Source: an uncultured Gammaproteobacteria bacterium (GTDB lineage: Bacteria; Patescibacteriota; Patescibacteriia; S139-126). From it: a stretch of DNA of 64,000 nt. Under the pieces are notes generated by a model. That model was not told the origin of the DNA. It made no database searches and saw nothing but the letters and a program-made list of their open reading frames with translations. Location: positions 455,646 to 519,645 of the forward strand of contig CAZUKA010000001.1 in assembly GCA_964620905.1 (NCBI GenBank), given 5' to 3'. A program made the translations under genes and the position numbers. Of this stretch, positions 29,403-37,200 are shown piece by piece (positions within the stretch are counted from its first letter, which is position 1; each line of letters starts with the position of its first letter).

Positions 29403-30533
29403 TTAATCATGATTAACCCGCTTGCGTAAAAAGCTCAACAAAACAATTATCACTAAATATACCCCCAATGCCCAAAGATAATAATAAGAAATATTTTTTC
29501 CACTTTCAATAATATTTCGACTAGGATTATAACCCAACCATGACAAAATTTTACCACCTGTAGTTGGTAATTCATCATAACCCTGATCAGGAGTTTCAAA
29601 TCCTAAAATAGCGGGGACTTCTTCATCAGGCAATTCTGGAGTTTCAAATCCCCTTACCTGCACGATAGTAAAAGGAAAATCATCTTCTGCAAAATAACCA
29701 TTATCTTGTCGTCCATTGACACTTACTTCAACGTGATTGATAAATTCACCGACTACCCCAACCGGCACATTCATGTCATAAGCGATAATCCTCACTTCAT
29801 TGGGCTGCAGGCTGCCCAAATTCCAAACCTGCGTAGATAAGCCATTATTTACAAAAGTAAACCCAGTTGGCAAAGTATCAGTCACCACTACATTTTCTGC
29901 CACTGCACTACCGGTATTACTGATGGTGAGTAAATAATAACCCGTCAGACCTGGCACTACTGAACTGTCACCTGACTTTTGAATATTTATAATTGGTTGC
30001 GGTGTAGAACCACTACCGCCTCCGCCACCGCCAGATCCCCCACCACCTCCAGATGAACCACCAACAAAACCAACCAGCAAATCAAAATAAGTAGAAAGTT
30101 TTTGATAATCATTGCCAATCACCGAAGGAAAACGAACTGTAAAATCATATCGTTCAGTGCTCCCACCTGCTTGACTGGAAAGCACTACTTCGCCATCTGC
30201 AAAAAAACCAGCCAATGAATTTTGGTATAAAAGCGTAGCTCCTTGTCTTACTTCAAACTGCAAAACATCTGCCAAACAAAACGGGTCAGCACTACAATCA
30301 TAAGTATTTAAAGCTTGCACTCCAACTGTTTGCATACTACCTGTAAAATTGGTCACTTTGACCCAGCGCGTGGTGGCATCGCCAGGTTTAGTGTCAAGAT
30401 CCAAAAACAAAGGTGAACTTTGAAATTCAACATTTATATTTTGCGCCTTTATATCTTTGGCACCAAACAAAAAAGACATTACCAAAAACAGACTGACAAA
30501 AAATATATTTCTAATTGTATTTTTGTATTTCAT
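29403..30533 (-). CDS. Cell-wall-anchored protein with a signal peptide, a TasA-like N-terminal domain, a Gly-rich linker, a DUF11/CARDB-like domain and a C-terminal LPTTGG sorting signal. The start is set at MKYKNT, 10 codons inside the ORF-track start.
   Basis: MKYKNTIRNIFFVSLFLVMSFLFGAKDIKAQ signal. …LDLDTKPGDATTRWVKVTNFTG… resembles the L-PGD core of TasA/camelysin. DUF11-like LTISNTGSAVAENVVVTDTLPTGFTFV. …YDELPTTGG followed by a TM segment and a basic tail. Confidence 0.65.
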   Translation of the reverse strand: MKYKNTIRNIFFVSLFLVMSFLFGAKDIKAQNINVEFQSSPLFLDLDTKPGDATTRWVKVTNFTGSMQTVGVQALNTYDCSADPFCLADVLQFEVRQGATLLYQNSLAGFFADGEVVLSSQAGGSTERYDFTVRFPSVIGNDYQKLSTYFDLLVGFVGGSSGGGGGSGGGGGGSGSTPQPIINIQKSGDSSVVPGLTGYYLLTISNTGSAVAENVVVTDTLPTGFTFVNNGLSTQVWNLGSLQPNEVRIIAYDMNVPVGVVGEFINHVEVSVNGRQDNGYFAEDDFPFTIVQVRGFETPELPDEEVPAILGFETPDQGYDELPTTGGKILSWLGYNPSRNIIESGKNISYYYLWALGVYLVIIVLLSFLRKRVNHD

Positions 30534-30537
30534 AATA

Positions 30538-31491
30538 TTAATCATCACAATGTCCAGGACCAATTAGACCATTATTATAATCATCCAACAGTTCAGCCAA
30601 AGTATTAAACTGTTGTTTAACTGGATTATTTCCCGCCAGAGCCCCGATATCAGCTGGGGTATATTGTCCAAATAAATCAGCCGCGCTAGTAATTGCTGTT
30701 TGCACTTCAGTTGGTACACTAGCTCCATTTAATTGATTTAAAACCGCCGCAATATACTGGTGAGCTAAGCTAAAATATGAATTTCCTCCAGCTGGCGGGG
30801 TATTGATTACATCATAATATGTCAGTTCACTTAAATAAAATATAGTATCTTCACCAAGCAAAGTCCAAGTGTCATCATGCGGCGCTGGACCATACTTTGA
30901 ATGTGTTTTCCAATAACCTTGAGTCAAAGTGCAACTTTCGCCTTCTTCTTGCCATTCTCCTGAATTGATAGTAAGTTGTACAATCGTTTGATCTGTATAT
31001 CCGCCACTTTGAGAATCATTTATTTCTTCTTGCCAACCTTGGAAAGCCATATTAAACTGACAAGTTTGAGTTTGCAAAGTTTCATCATTGGTAGTCATAA
31101 TCGCTGACAAATCATAATCCCCACTACCACCAGCCAGCAAACTATTGTCAGACCAAGTCGCATTATCCTGAATCGGACCGTCATAAAGCAAAGTTGCACC
31201 CCGATATATTTTTAAATTCAATGCTGGACACAAAACACCAGTGGTGTTTTGCAGGGTGGTATTATATTTTATTTTCAACTGACCGTTGTTAGCAACCACC
31301 ACATTTGCTGTCGCTGTTTGTGTATCAGATACTGTAGGTGCAAAATCTACCCGATTGGCATCAATATAAAGTGTAGCCATGAGCCAATAGTTATCCGGTG
31401 AAATTTCTTCATCAGAAAAAAATGATGCTGTCAGACCAATTTGTGAAATCATAAACATAACTACCAACATAGCCAAACCCAACACAGTCAT
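30538..31491 (-). CDS. TasA/camelysin-like secreted protein with a SipW-cognate-type signal peptide. The start is moved to the internal Met (MTVLGLAML…); the 87-codon upstream extension in the ORF track is rejected.
   Basis: MTVLGLAMLVVMFMISQIGLTASFFSDEEISPDNYW… carries the TxAxFSDxExS motif typical of SipW substrates. The upstream extension is highly basic, lacks a signal-peptide logic and overlaps sipW. Confidence 0.65.
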   Translation of the reverse strand: MTVLGLAMLVVMFMISQIGLTASFFSDEEISPDNYWLMATLYIDANRVDFAPTVSDTQTATANVVVANNGQLKIKYNTTLQNTTGVLCPALNLKIYRGATLLYDGPIQDNATWSDNSLLAGGSGDYDLSAIMTTNDETLQTQTCQFNMAFQGWQEEINDSQSGGYTDQTIVQLTINSGEWQEEGESCTLTQGYWKTHSKYGPAPHDDTWTLLGEDTIFYLSELTYYDVINTPPAGGNSYFSLAHQYIAAVLNQLNGASVPTEVQTAITSAADLFGQYTPADIGALAGNNPVKQQFNTLAELLDDYNNGLIGPGHCDD

Positions 31492-31748
31492 TTTTTTCTG
31501 CCCTATATAATACGCTTGATAAAGCCGTCCGTAACAGTTGGCTATAAAAATTTTTGGTTTTCTAGTTTTTTTCCGCCAATATAAATTAAAATAACCCAAC
31601 TGACTTTGTATCTGTTTGATAGTTTTTTTCCGCTGACGTTTATACCACCGACTAAAAACTTTAAACTGACGAATATAAAAACGACTAAACAACCGCTGAC
31701 AGCGAATAATTTTTTTCTTATACTGGTTTATTTTTTTATACCAATATT

Positions 31749-32300
31749 TCATTCTTTATCTTTAGCTTGATTTTTTTTGTGTTTTAATTCTCGCCAAATA
31801 TTCATAACCTCATCATAGATTATAAACAGCGCCGGTAGTACTATAATGATAAAAAATCCCAAGGGCTGTTTGGCTGCCGCTACCGCGTAACCAACATAAG
31901 GAATATCAAATAAAACTTTACCCAATATCCGGCTACTAAAAACCGCTTCTCCATCCGGAGCATTGTTGGCATCACCTTTAGTGGTGTAACTTGGGCGATT
32001 ATTTACAATTTCCTTTTCCACAATCCGGTGCGTAGTTGGTATGTTCTCGCCGCGATTAGCAAAAGTAATTATATCTCCCTCCTGATAAGTATCAGCTTTC
32101 CTAATCACCACCACCGCGCCAGTATGAATCGTGGGTTCCATAGAACCAGACTGCACCACATAGACTTGAAAATTACCTGGAATAGGAAAACGTGTTCCTA
32201 CCAACAGTAAAGCGACGCCCAAAATAGCTCCGATCACTACATAATATATAATTTTGAAAAATACTTCAGTTGTTTTTTTTGTTTTTTGCTTTTCGTTCAT
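31749..32300 (-). CDS. sipW: SipW-like signal peptidase I, archaeal/ER type (S26B)
   Basis: …GSMEPTIHTGAVVVIRK…GDIITF…HRIVEK…TKGDANNAPD… This shows the Ser/His-type motifs and the TKGDNN box of SipW-type peptidases. It is distinct from the P-type lepB at 9150..9749. Confidence 0.75.
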   Translation of the reverse strand: MNEKQKTKKTTEVFFKIIYYVVIGAILGVALLLVGTRFPIPGNFQVYVVQSGSMEPTIHTGAVVVIRKADTYQEGDIITFANRGENIPTTHRIVEKEIVNNRPSYTTKGDANNAPDGEAVFSSRILGKVLFDIPYVGYAVAAAKQPLGFFIIIVLPALFIIYDEVMNIWRELKHKKNQAKDKE

Positions 32301-32313
32301 AAACAGTCAATAA

Positions 32314-33696
32314 TTATTCACCTGCAAACAAACTCTGACAAGTAAACTGGTTGTTATTACGCACTTGGGTAGCATAGAAAATCACATCAGTCACCAAAGA
32401 ATCTGTCTGGGTGATATTGTTCATACTAATCGGATCACAAACAAAATCTCCTGTTTGATTATCAACTGTCAAAGTGCCAGCACACCAGGTAAAACCGATA
32501 TATTCGGTGGAAGTGGCAGTCAAAATATAATCATTTTGACTGTCAGCATAAGCCAGTCCGTTGCCATTGATAAATATGTTTTCATAAGTATTTGGGCCGG
32601 CTAAAGTTTGTTCATTTAACGGATTATACAAACCATCACCATCATCCCGCCAAGCAAACACATTTAGATATTGTGATAGCTCACCGTCGCCCAAACCTAG
32701 ATCATTACAAGTATTATCAACAACTGATTCTGGTTCAGTGCAACCATTTTCAAAATCTTTATCATTTTCTGTGTACATACAGGTATAAGCATCATTGTCA
32801 TAAACATGCATACTAATCACGTGCTTGCCCATATCCCCGGGTTTTACATCTTCAAACTGAAAAAATTTCTGGGTAGTAAGATCTGCTTCACTCCATAGTT
32901 CACATACACTGCCGTTTATTTCATAAGTACAATTTATCGGGTGCACACTGACATTGTCCAAAAACACACCTAAAGAATTATTTGTTCCTCCGCCTTCAAA
33001 TTCTATCTTAGTTGAGGCGTTACTGGCGGTAAATTCCTTGGTATATTCAGTCCAAACAATACTACCTCCTCCACCTACCGGACCAATAGTTTCCACTAGA
33101 TTACCGTCAATATTGACATACATAATATTCTCACCATCGCCGGTATTTGGCCGCGGCGCGAAATAATAATGCAGTTTATACTTTTGACCCGGAGTAGTTG
33201 GAATAAATTGATGAATCTTAACCAAAGCCGGTTCACCATTTAATGGATTGTCAGGACCAAACCAGTCTGAATCAAGTTCAGCATATTGATCACCGTCTTG
33301 GGCACTGCCCAATACGCCTTCATGATATTCTACAAGTGAGGGATCTGGCCGGTTTTGACCATTGTAGGTTGTTTCCGAACCAGCCCATTCTACTGTCCAT
33401 TCCAATCCTGTAGTGCCATTGGGGAAAATCTGCCACTGGGCATTGTGGGTCACTTCTGGCACTTCAAAACTACCATTTAATATCAAATTGTTAGTAGTGT
33501 CTTCTACACAATCCTCTTCACATTCCTCCCCGTTATAAACAATTGATTTGTGATCTATTTTCAAATCAATCGCACCGGCAGTAAAGGTATTGCCAGTGGA
33601 GGTTTCGGTGTCGCTGAAAAAGGCAGTGGTACCGCCGATGACAACCGCCGCACTAATGGCAATTGCCAACATACTAAATAAAATCTTTTTGCGCAT
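32314..33696 (-). CDS. TasA/camelysin-like secreted protein with a SipW-cognate signal peptide, plus a ~170-aa domain shared with the vWA giant protein
   Basis: MRKKILFSMLAIAISAAVVIGGTTAFFSDTETSTGNTFTAGAIDLKID…FFQFEDVKPGDMG… A central domain NGSFEVPEV…QYAELDSDWFGP…LGVFLDNVSV is homologous to residues in 39904..43320. Confidence 0.75.
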   Translation of the reverse strand: MRKKILFSMLAIAISAAVVIGGTTAFFSDTETSTGNTFTAGAIDLKIDHKSIVYNGEECEEDCVEDTTNNLILNGSFEVPEVTHNAQWQIFPNGTTGLEWTVEWAGSETTYNGQNRPDPSLVEYHEGVLGSAQDGDQYAELDSDWFGPDNPLNGEPALVKIHQFIPTTPGQKYKLHYYFAPRPNTGDGENIMYVNIDGNLVETIGPVGGGGSIVWTEYTKEFTASNASTKIEFEGGGTNNSLGVFLDNVSVHPINCTYEINGSVCELWSEADLTTQKFFQFEDVKPGDMGKHVISMHVYDNDAYTCMYTENDKDFENGCTEPESVVDNTCNDLGLGDGELSQYLNVFAWRDDGDGLYNPLNEQTLAGPNTYENIFINGNGLAYADSQNDYILTATSTEYIGFTWCAGTLTVDNQTGDFVCDPISMNNITQTDSLVTDVIFYATQVRNNNQFTCQSLFAGE

Positions 33697-33732
33697 AGTT
33701 TTAGGTTTAATATTTATAATTAAATTTATGTG

Positions 33733-33758
33733 AGTAATTTATTACGTAATAAATTACT
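33733..33758. promoter_or_regulatory. Perfect 26-bp palindrome AGTAATTTATTAC|GTAATAAATTACT, 37 bp upstream of the TasA-like gene start (33696). Candidate operator.
   Basis: Exact inverted repeat with 13-bp arms and no spacer, read from the sequence. Confidence 0.55.
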
Positions 33759-33951
33759 TATTTAATTTTTAAAATTTATCCAAATCTACCAACTTATATT
33801 CAAAAATCACCAACTCAAACCTGTGCCCCCAAACCAAATAAGTAAATTATTTTACTCATTTGGCATAGGGGCAAAGCCCTTATGCCCAATCTTATGAGAT
33901 AACTCACTAGATTTGTTTTATACTTAATTTAAGTATTTTAAAGTAATTTAA

Positions 33952-35313
33952 TTAGTCACGTACCTGAACTTGAAAAGCAGGGCGTGAACCAGCGGTAGTA
34001 GCAGGTGTCCAATTAAACTCAACCATACCAGTTAATATAAAACCACCTGAAAGATCTTCCGAAGAAATAACTAAATATTTTGCATCAGTATTGTCAGTAT
34101 CAATTAAAACGTCCGGATTAAGCGCGTTTCCGTCTAACTTCAAATTAGTTAATTCAACGCTATCTCCAGCACCTGACGATACCTTACCTGCAATAATATT
34201 AAGATCAGCAGTATTAGTTACTGGTCCTACTACATAACTTGCAGTATTTCCATTAACAGTAAAGCTGGCAGTATTTCCATCATAATTTACTGTAAATGGA
34301 ACTGGTGTTCCGGAAGTCATGACATTATTTGTATGATTCATTGTTCCAGAATTTTGTGTATTTGTACCTACACCTACCTCCCAATCACCAGTCATAGTAT
34401 TACTACCGAAACGACCTTCTGATTGCCATTTTAATACTCCGGGACCATTCCATCCATCAAAAGGACCTTCAGCATTAATAACAACCTCATTCAAACTATC
34501 ACAAGTAAATCCAGCATTGTTTCTGGATTGAACTGCATAGAATGAAACATCAGCTTTAATACCATCAGTTTGAGAAACATTGGTTACTGGCTGACCATTA
34601 CAGGTAAACCCTGTACCACGTCCACTCAATGGACCATTCTCACCTGTCTTACCAAATGTATCTTGTGGAACAGCATCAAATCCCAACTCACCATAACACC
34701 AGTACTTGGCAATATAATAAGTTTGTGCGCCGGTTAATGGGGCGATATTTTGCGCAAGCCATACATTTTTTTCTGAATCAGATAAAGTCCAATACTTACC
34801 ATCAAATAAATCCTTAGCCAAACCTTCCTTAAATATAACTTCACCTTCTTCATAAACATTATCACCATCATCAGCCCAGAAAGCAAAATACAATTCATTT
34901 TGTAATTCACCTTCATTTTCACCAGCTGTTAAATCTTCCTTAGCTTCTGGCTCTGTTTGACCATTTTCTAGAGTGGCAGTTAAATTAATATTCATACAAG
35001 CCCAAGCATCATTATTATTGACATGAAGTGAGATTGTATCTTCACCACGATCGCCAGGTTTTAAATCAAGGAAATTGAAAAAAAGCTGATTAGTCAAATC
35101 GCTTAATCCCCAAGAAGTTCCATTGTTATAAACCAGTACACCATCTTCATTGGTGACATAGCTCTCATTGTCAATGGTCAAATCAATCGCACCGGCAGTA
35201 AAGGTGTTGCCAGTGGATGTTTCGGTGTCGCTGAAGAAAGCAGTAGTACCACCGATAATGACGGCAGCGGCTGCAGCGATTGCCACCAAACTAAATAAAA
35301 TTTTCTTTTTCAT
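33952..35313 (-). CDS. TasA/camelysin-like secreted protein with a SipW-cognate signal peptide. Paralog of 32314..33696.
   Basis: MKKKILFSLVAIAAAAAVIIGGTTAFFSDTETSTGNTFTAGAIDLTID…LFFNFLDLKPGDRGEDTISLHV… The N-terminal 45 aa are nearly identical to the paralog. Confidence 0.75.
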   Translation of the reverse strand: MKKKILFSLVAIAAAAAVIIGGTTAFFSDTETSTGNTFTAGAIDLTIDNESYVTNEDGVLVYNNGTSWGLSDLTNQLFFNFLDLKPGDRGEDTISLHVNNNDAWACMNINLTATLENGQTEPEAKEDLTAGENEGELQNELYFAFWADDGDNVYEEGEVIFKEGLAKDLFDGKYWTLSDSEKNVWLAQNIAPLTGAQTYYIAKYWCYGELGFDAVPQDTFGKTGENGPLSGRGTGFTCNGQPVTNVSQTDGIKADVSFYAVQSRNNAGFTCDSLNEVVINAEGPFDGWNGPGVLKWQSEGRFGSNTMTGDWEVGVGTNTQNSGTMNHTNNVMTSGTPVPFTVNYDGNTASFTVNGNTASYVVGPVTNTADLNIIAGKVSSGAGDSVELTNLKLDGNALNPDVLIDTDNTDAKYLVISSEDLSGGFILTGMVEFNWTPATTAGSRPAFQVQVRD

Positions 35314-35850
35314 AATTATGTATTACTTAATAATTAGAAATTGAAACATATACGCCTGCCAAATAATTATTTTTTTCGACCTTTTTCTCCTCCAATATTT
35401 TAAACAGGCAACTTATGTTTTAATTTATAAATTTACTTACTCTTTGAGTAAGAAAAGAAAAGCAAATGTTCCATTTCTGAAAACATTTACTCTTCTCCCC
35501 TTGCTCAAAAAATTTTTAAACAAAAAAACCCACGCGCCAACGTGAGAATTAGGACTTACTTAAAAACAACTGATTGTTCCAGCAAGCGACTTGGTTCAAT
35601 TTTAAGTGAAACTTTATGCTCATAGGGCAGGATTTATTAATTAATCCCCTCCTTCCCTAGTCTTTTTAACTTGTTATATCTTACGCAAGTATCAATATGC
35701 TGTCAAATACAAATTATGTGTTCAGGTTCTTGTATTTTTTTACCTAATTTTAAACAAAAAAATCATTTTAATTTATATTTAAATTTTTGCTAAATTCTTT
35801 CCAAAAATAAAACTGTAAAAAATTTGTTAAAAAAGCATATTTTCTGCACT

Positions 35851-35859
35851 TTATCCACA
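35851..35859 (+). promoter_or_regulatory. Consensus DnaA-box 9-mer TTATCCACA inside a ~22-bp motif (cTTTATCCACAAatcAGAATATTTT). The same motif recurs at 43481-43489 upstream of the vWA giant gene.
   Basis: Exact 9-mer match to the DnaA-box consensus. The flanks are conserved between the two copies. Confidence 0.4.
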
Positions 35860-36035
35860 AATCAGAATATTTTACTAATATTAGGGAAGATATTAATAAT
35901 GAAACGGCCGTTTACTTTGGGAACAGTTAAAAGTTTATCCTGCTAAATAAGCGGGGCAGGAATGACAAAGATTTAAGAAGTAAGATTTAAGAATAAATAA
36001 ATAGTTAATTATTATTTAATCGGCCATTTACTTTG

Positions 36036-36184
36036 TGAAGTGAAAAATTGCCAATAAGCGAGCGGAATTTGCCTCTCAACTAGCGAAGCGATTTTGAGAG
36101 GCACGCGAGCGGTTGGCAATTTTGCCTGAACCAAAGTACTGGCCGTAGTTTTTTGCTACTTTTTTGCTAACAAAAAAGTAGAAA
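36036..36184. repeat. Copy B of the ~148-nt repeated structured element (see 29181..29327). A degenerate partial third copy lies at about 35897-35960.
   Basis: Aligned by eye to copy A, with about 85% identity and conserved stems. Confidence 0.65.
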
Positions 36185-36202
36185 GAATAAATACTCTTTA
36201 TT

Positions 36203-36262
36203 TCTACCTGCCTGCTCCTCGAGTCTGAGCCTCGGAGTCGAAGACCGGCAGGCAGGTAAAAT
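36203..36262. repeat. GC-rich palindromic stem element ttctacctgcctgc-[tcctcgagtctgagcctcggagtcgaaga]-ccggcaggcaggtaaaatttataatt, the second copy of the CCGGCAGGCAGG+TAAAATTTA motif
   Basis: cctgcctgc / gcaggcagg inverted arms enclose a 29-nt loop containing direct repeats of CGAGTC. Confidence 0.6.
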
Positions 36263-36277
36263 TTATAATTTAAAATT

Positions 36278-36311
36278 AAAAAAACTTCCGCTGAGTCAAC
36301 GGAAGTTTTTC
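36278..36311 (-). terminator. Bidirectional intrinsic terminator (cttccg-ctgagtcaa-cggaag, flanked by an A-run and a T-run) downstream of 36341..37060
   Basis: Hairpin with a U-tract on both strands. Confidence 0.7.
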
Positions 36312-36340
36312 ACTATATCCTTAATCCTAACTCCTATATC

Positions 36341-37060
36341 CTAATTGAACAACCTAACTAGCCACCCCAGCAAACTAATCTTTCCTGCCTGTTCTCTTTG
36401 TGCAATAAAATTATCAATCTTAGTTTGTTCTGCAGTCAAAGTATCAATCTGCTCTTGCAGTTCTGTTTTATCAACTTCATCTACCACGTCTGCCAGCAAA
36501 CGATTCAACTGTTCCAATCTATTTCTGGTCTGCACCATTTCACTGCGCAGAGCGCCTAGATTTTTGTAATCAGATCCAAACAAAAATGTTTTGATTTTAC
36601 TTCTGGTTTGTACTTGCTCCATGGCTTGTACTACTTTGTCAGTTGAAGAACTTTGCGCTCTGGCTACTTCTCTCACCTGCTCACCAATACCACCCGGCTC
36701 TCTATCAGCTACACCAAGTAATCCTTGAACAAAATTAGCAACTGCACTGCGATGCTCCAAAGCATTCACTGATGCTCGATTGCGATTCTTGACCGGTGGT
36801 GTAGTGGTTGGTGTGGTAGTTGCTGTACTGGTAGCGGTGGAGGTAGCTGTAGAAGTACCGGTGGAAGTTGATAATAGAGTGTTTGGTTGAGTATCATCCA
36901 CACTACCATCACCCCGCTGTTTCAATCCTGGTGCTTGGGCAGATGCACCATTTACTGGTTGGTTGTCATCTTCCCCTTTTCTAGCTTCGGCCGTTCCAGC
37001 CAGCAAAACGACTGCCAATACAAACAAACCTAAAACAATAAAAAACTTATTTTTTGTCAT
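36341..37060 (-). CDS. Secreted protein with a Thr/Ser-rich low-complexity linker (TSTGTSTATSTATSTATTTPTTTP) and a C-terminal coiled-coil
   Basis: Signal peptide MTKNKFFIVLGLFVLAVVLLAGTAEA. A low-complexity (ST)-rich stretch is encoded by imperfect DNA repeats near 36800-36870. The C-terminus is heptad-like and rich in Leu, Gln and Glu. Confidence 0.55.
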   Translation of the reverse strand: MTKNKFFIVLGLFVLAVVLLAGTAEARKGEDDNQPVNGASAQAPGLKQRGDGSVDDTQPNTLLSTSTGTSTATSTATSTATTTPTTTPPVKNRNRASVNALEHRSAVANFVQGLLGVADREPGGIGEQVREVARAQSSSTDKVVQAMEQVQTRSKIKTFLFGSDYKNLGALRSEMVQTRNRLEQLNRLLADVVDEVDKTELQEQIDTLTAEQTKIDNFIAQREQAGKISLLGWLVRLFN

Positions 37061-37200
37061 AAATTTTCACTTAATAATCAGTAAATCCATTATACCACTC
37101 ATGAATATTTGGAAAACAACCAAAACCCCACTCTACCAAAAAGTAAAGCGGGGTTTTATATGAAAATTTATAAATTAATAATTGATTTAAAATTAATAAT

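Noticed and set aside
30538-31752. Full 404-aa ORF-track version of the TasA-like gene starting MKYWYKKINQYKKK…
   Set aside because: The upstream 87 codons are a highly basic read-through overlapping sipW. The SipW-type signal peptide begins at the internal Met (31491), which is the biologically sensible start.
35560-35660. Very strong RBS-like GGAAGGAGGGG on the minus strand, with a 25-codon ORF downstream
   Set aside because: The ATG lies about 22 nt from the RBS-like tract, which is too far. The G-tract more likely participates in RNA structure or regulator binding in this long 5' region.
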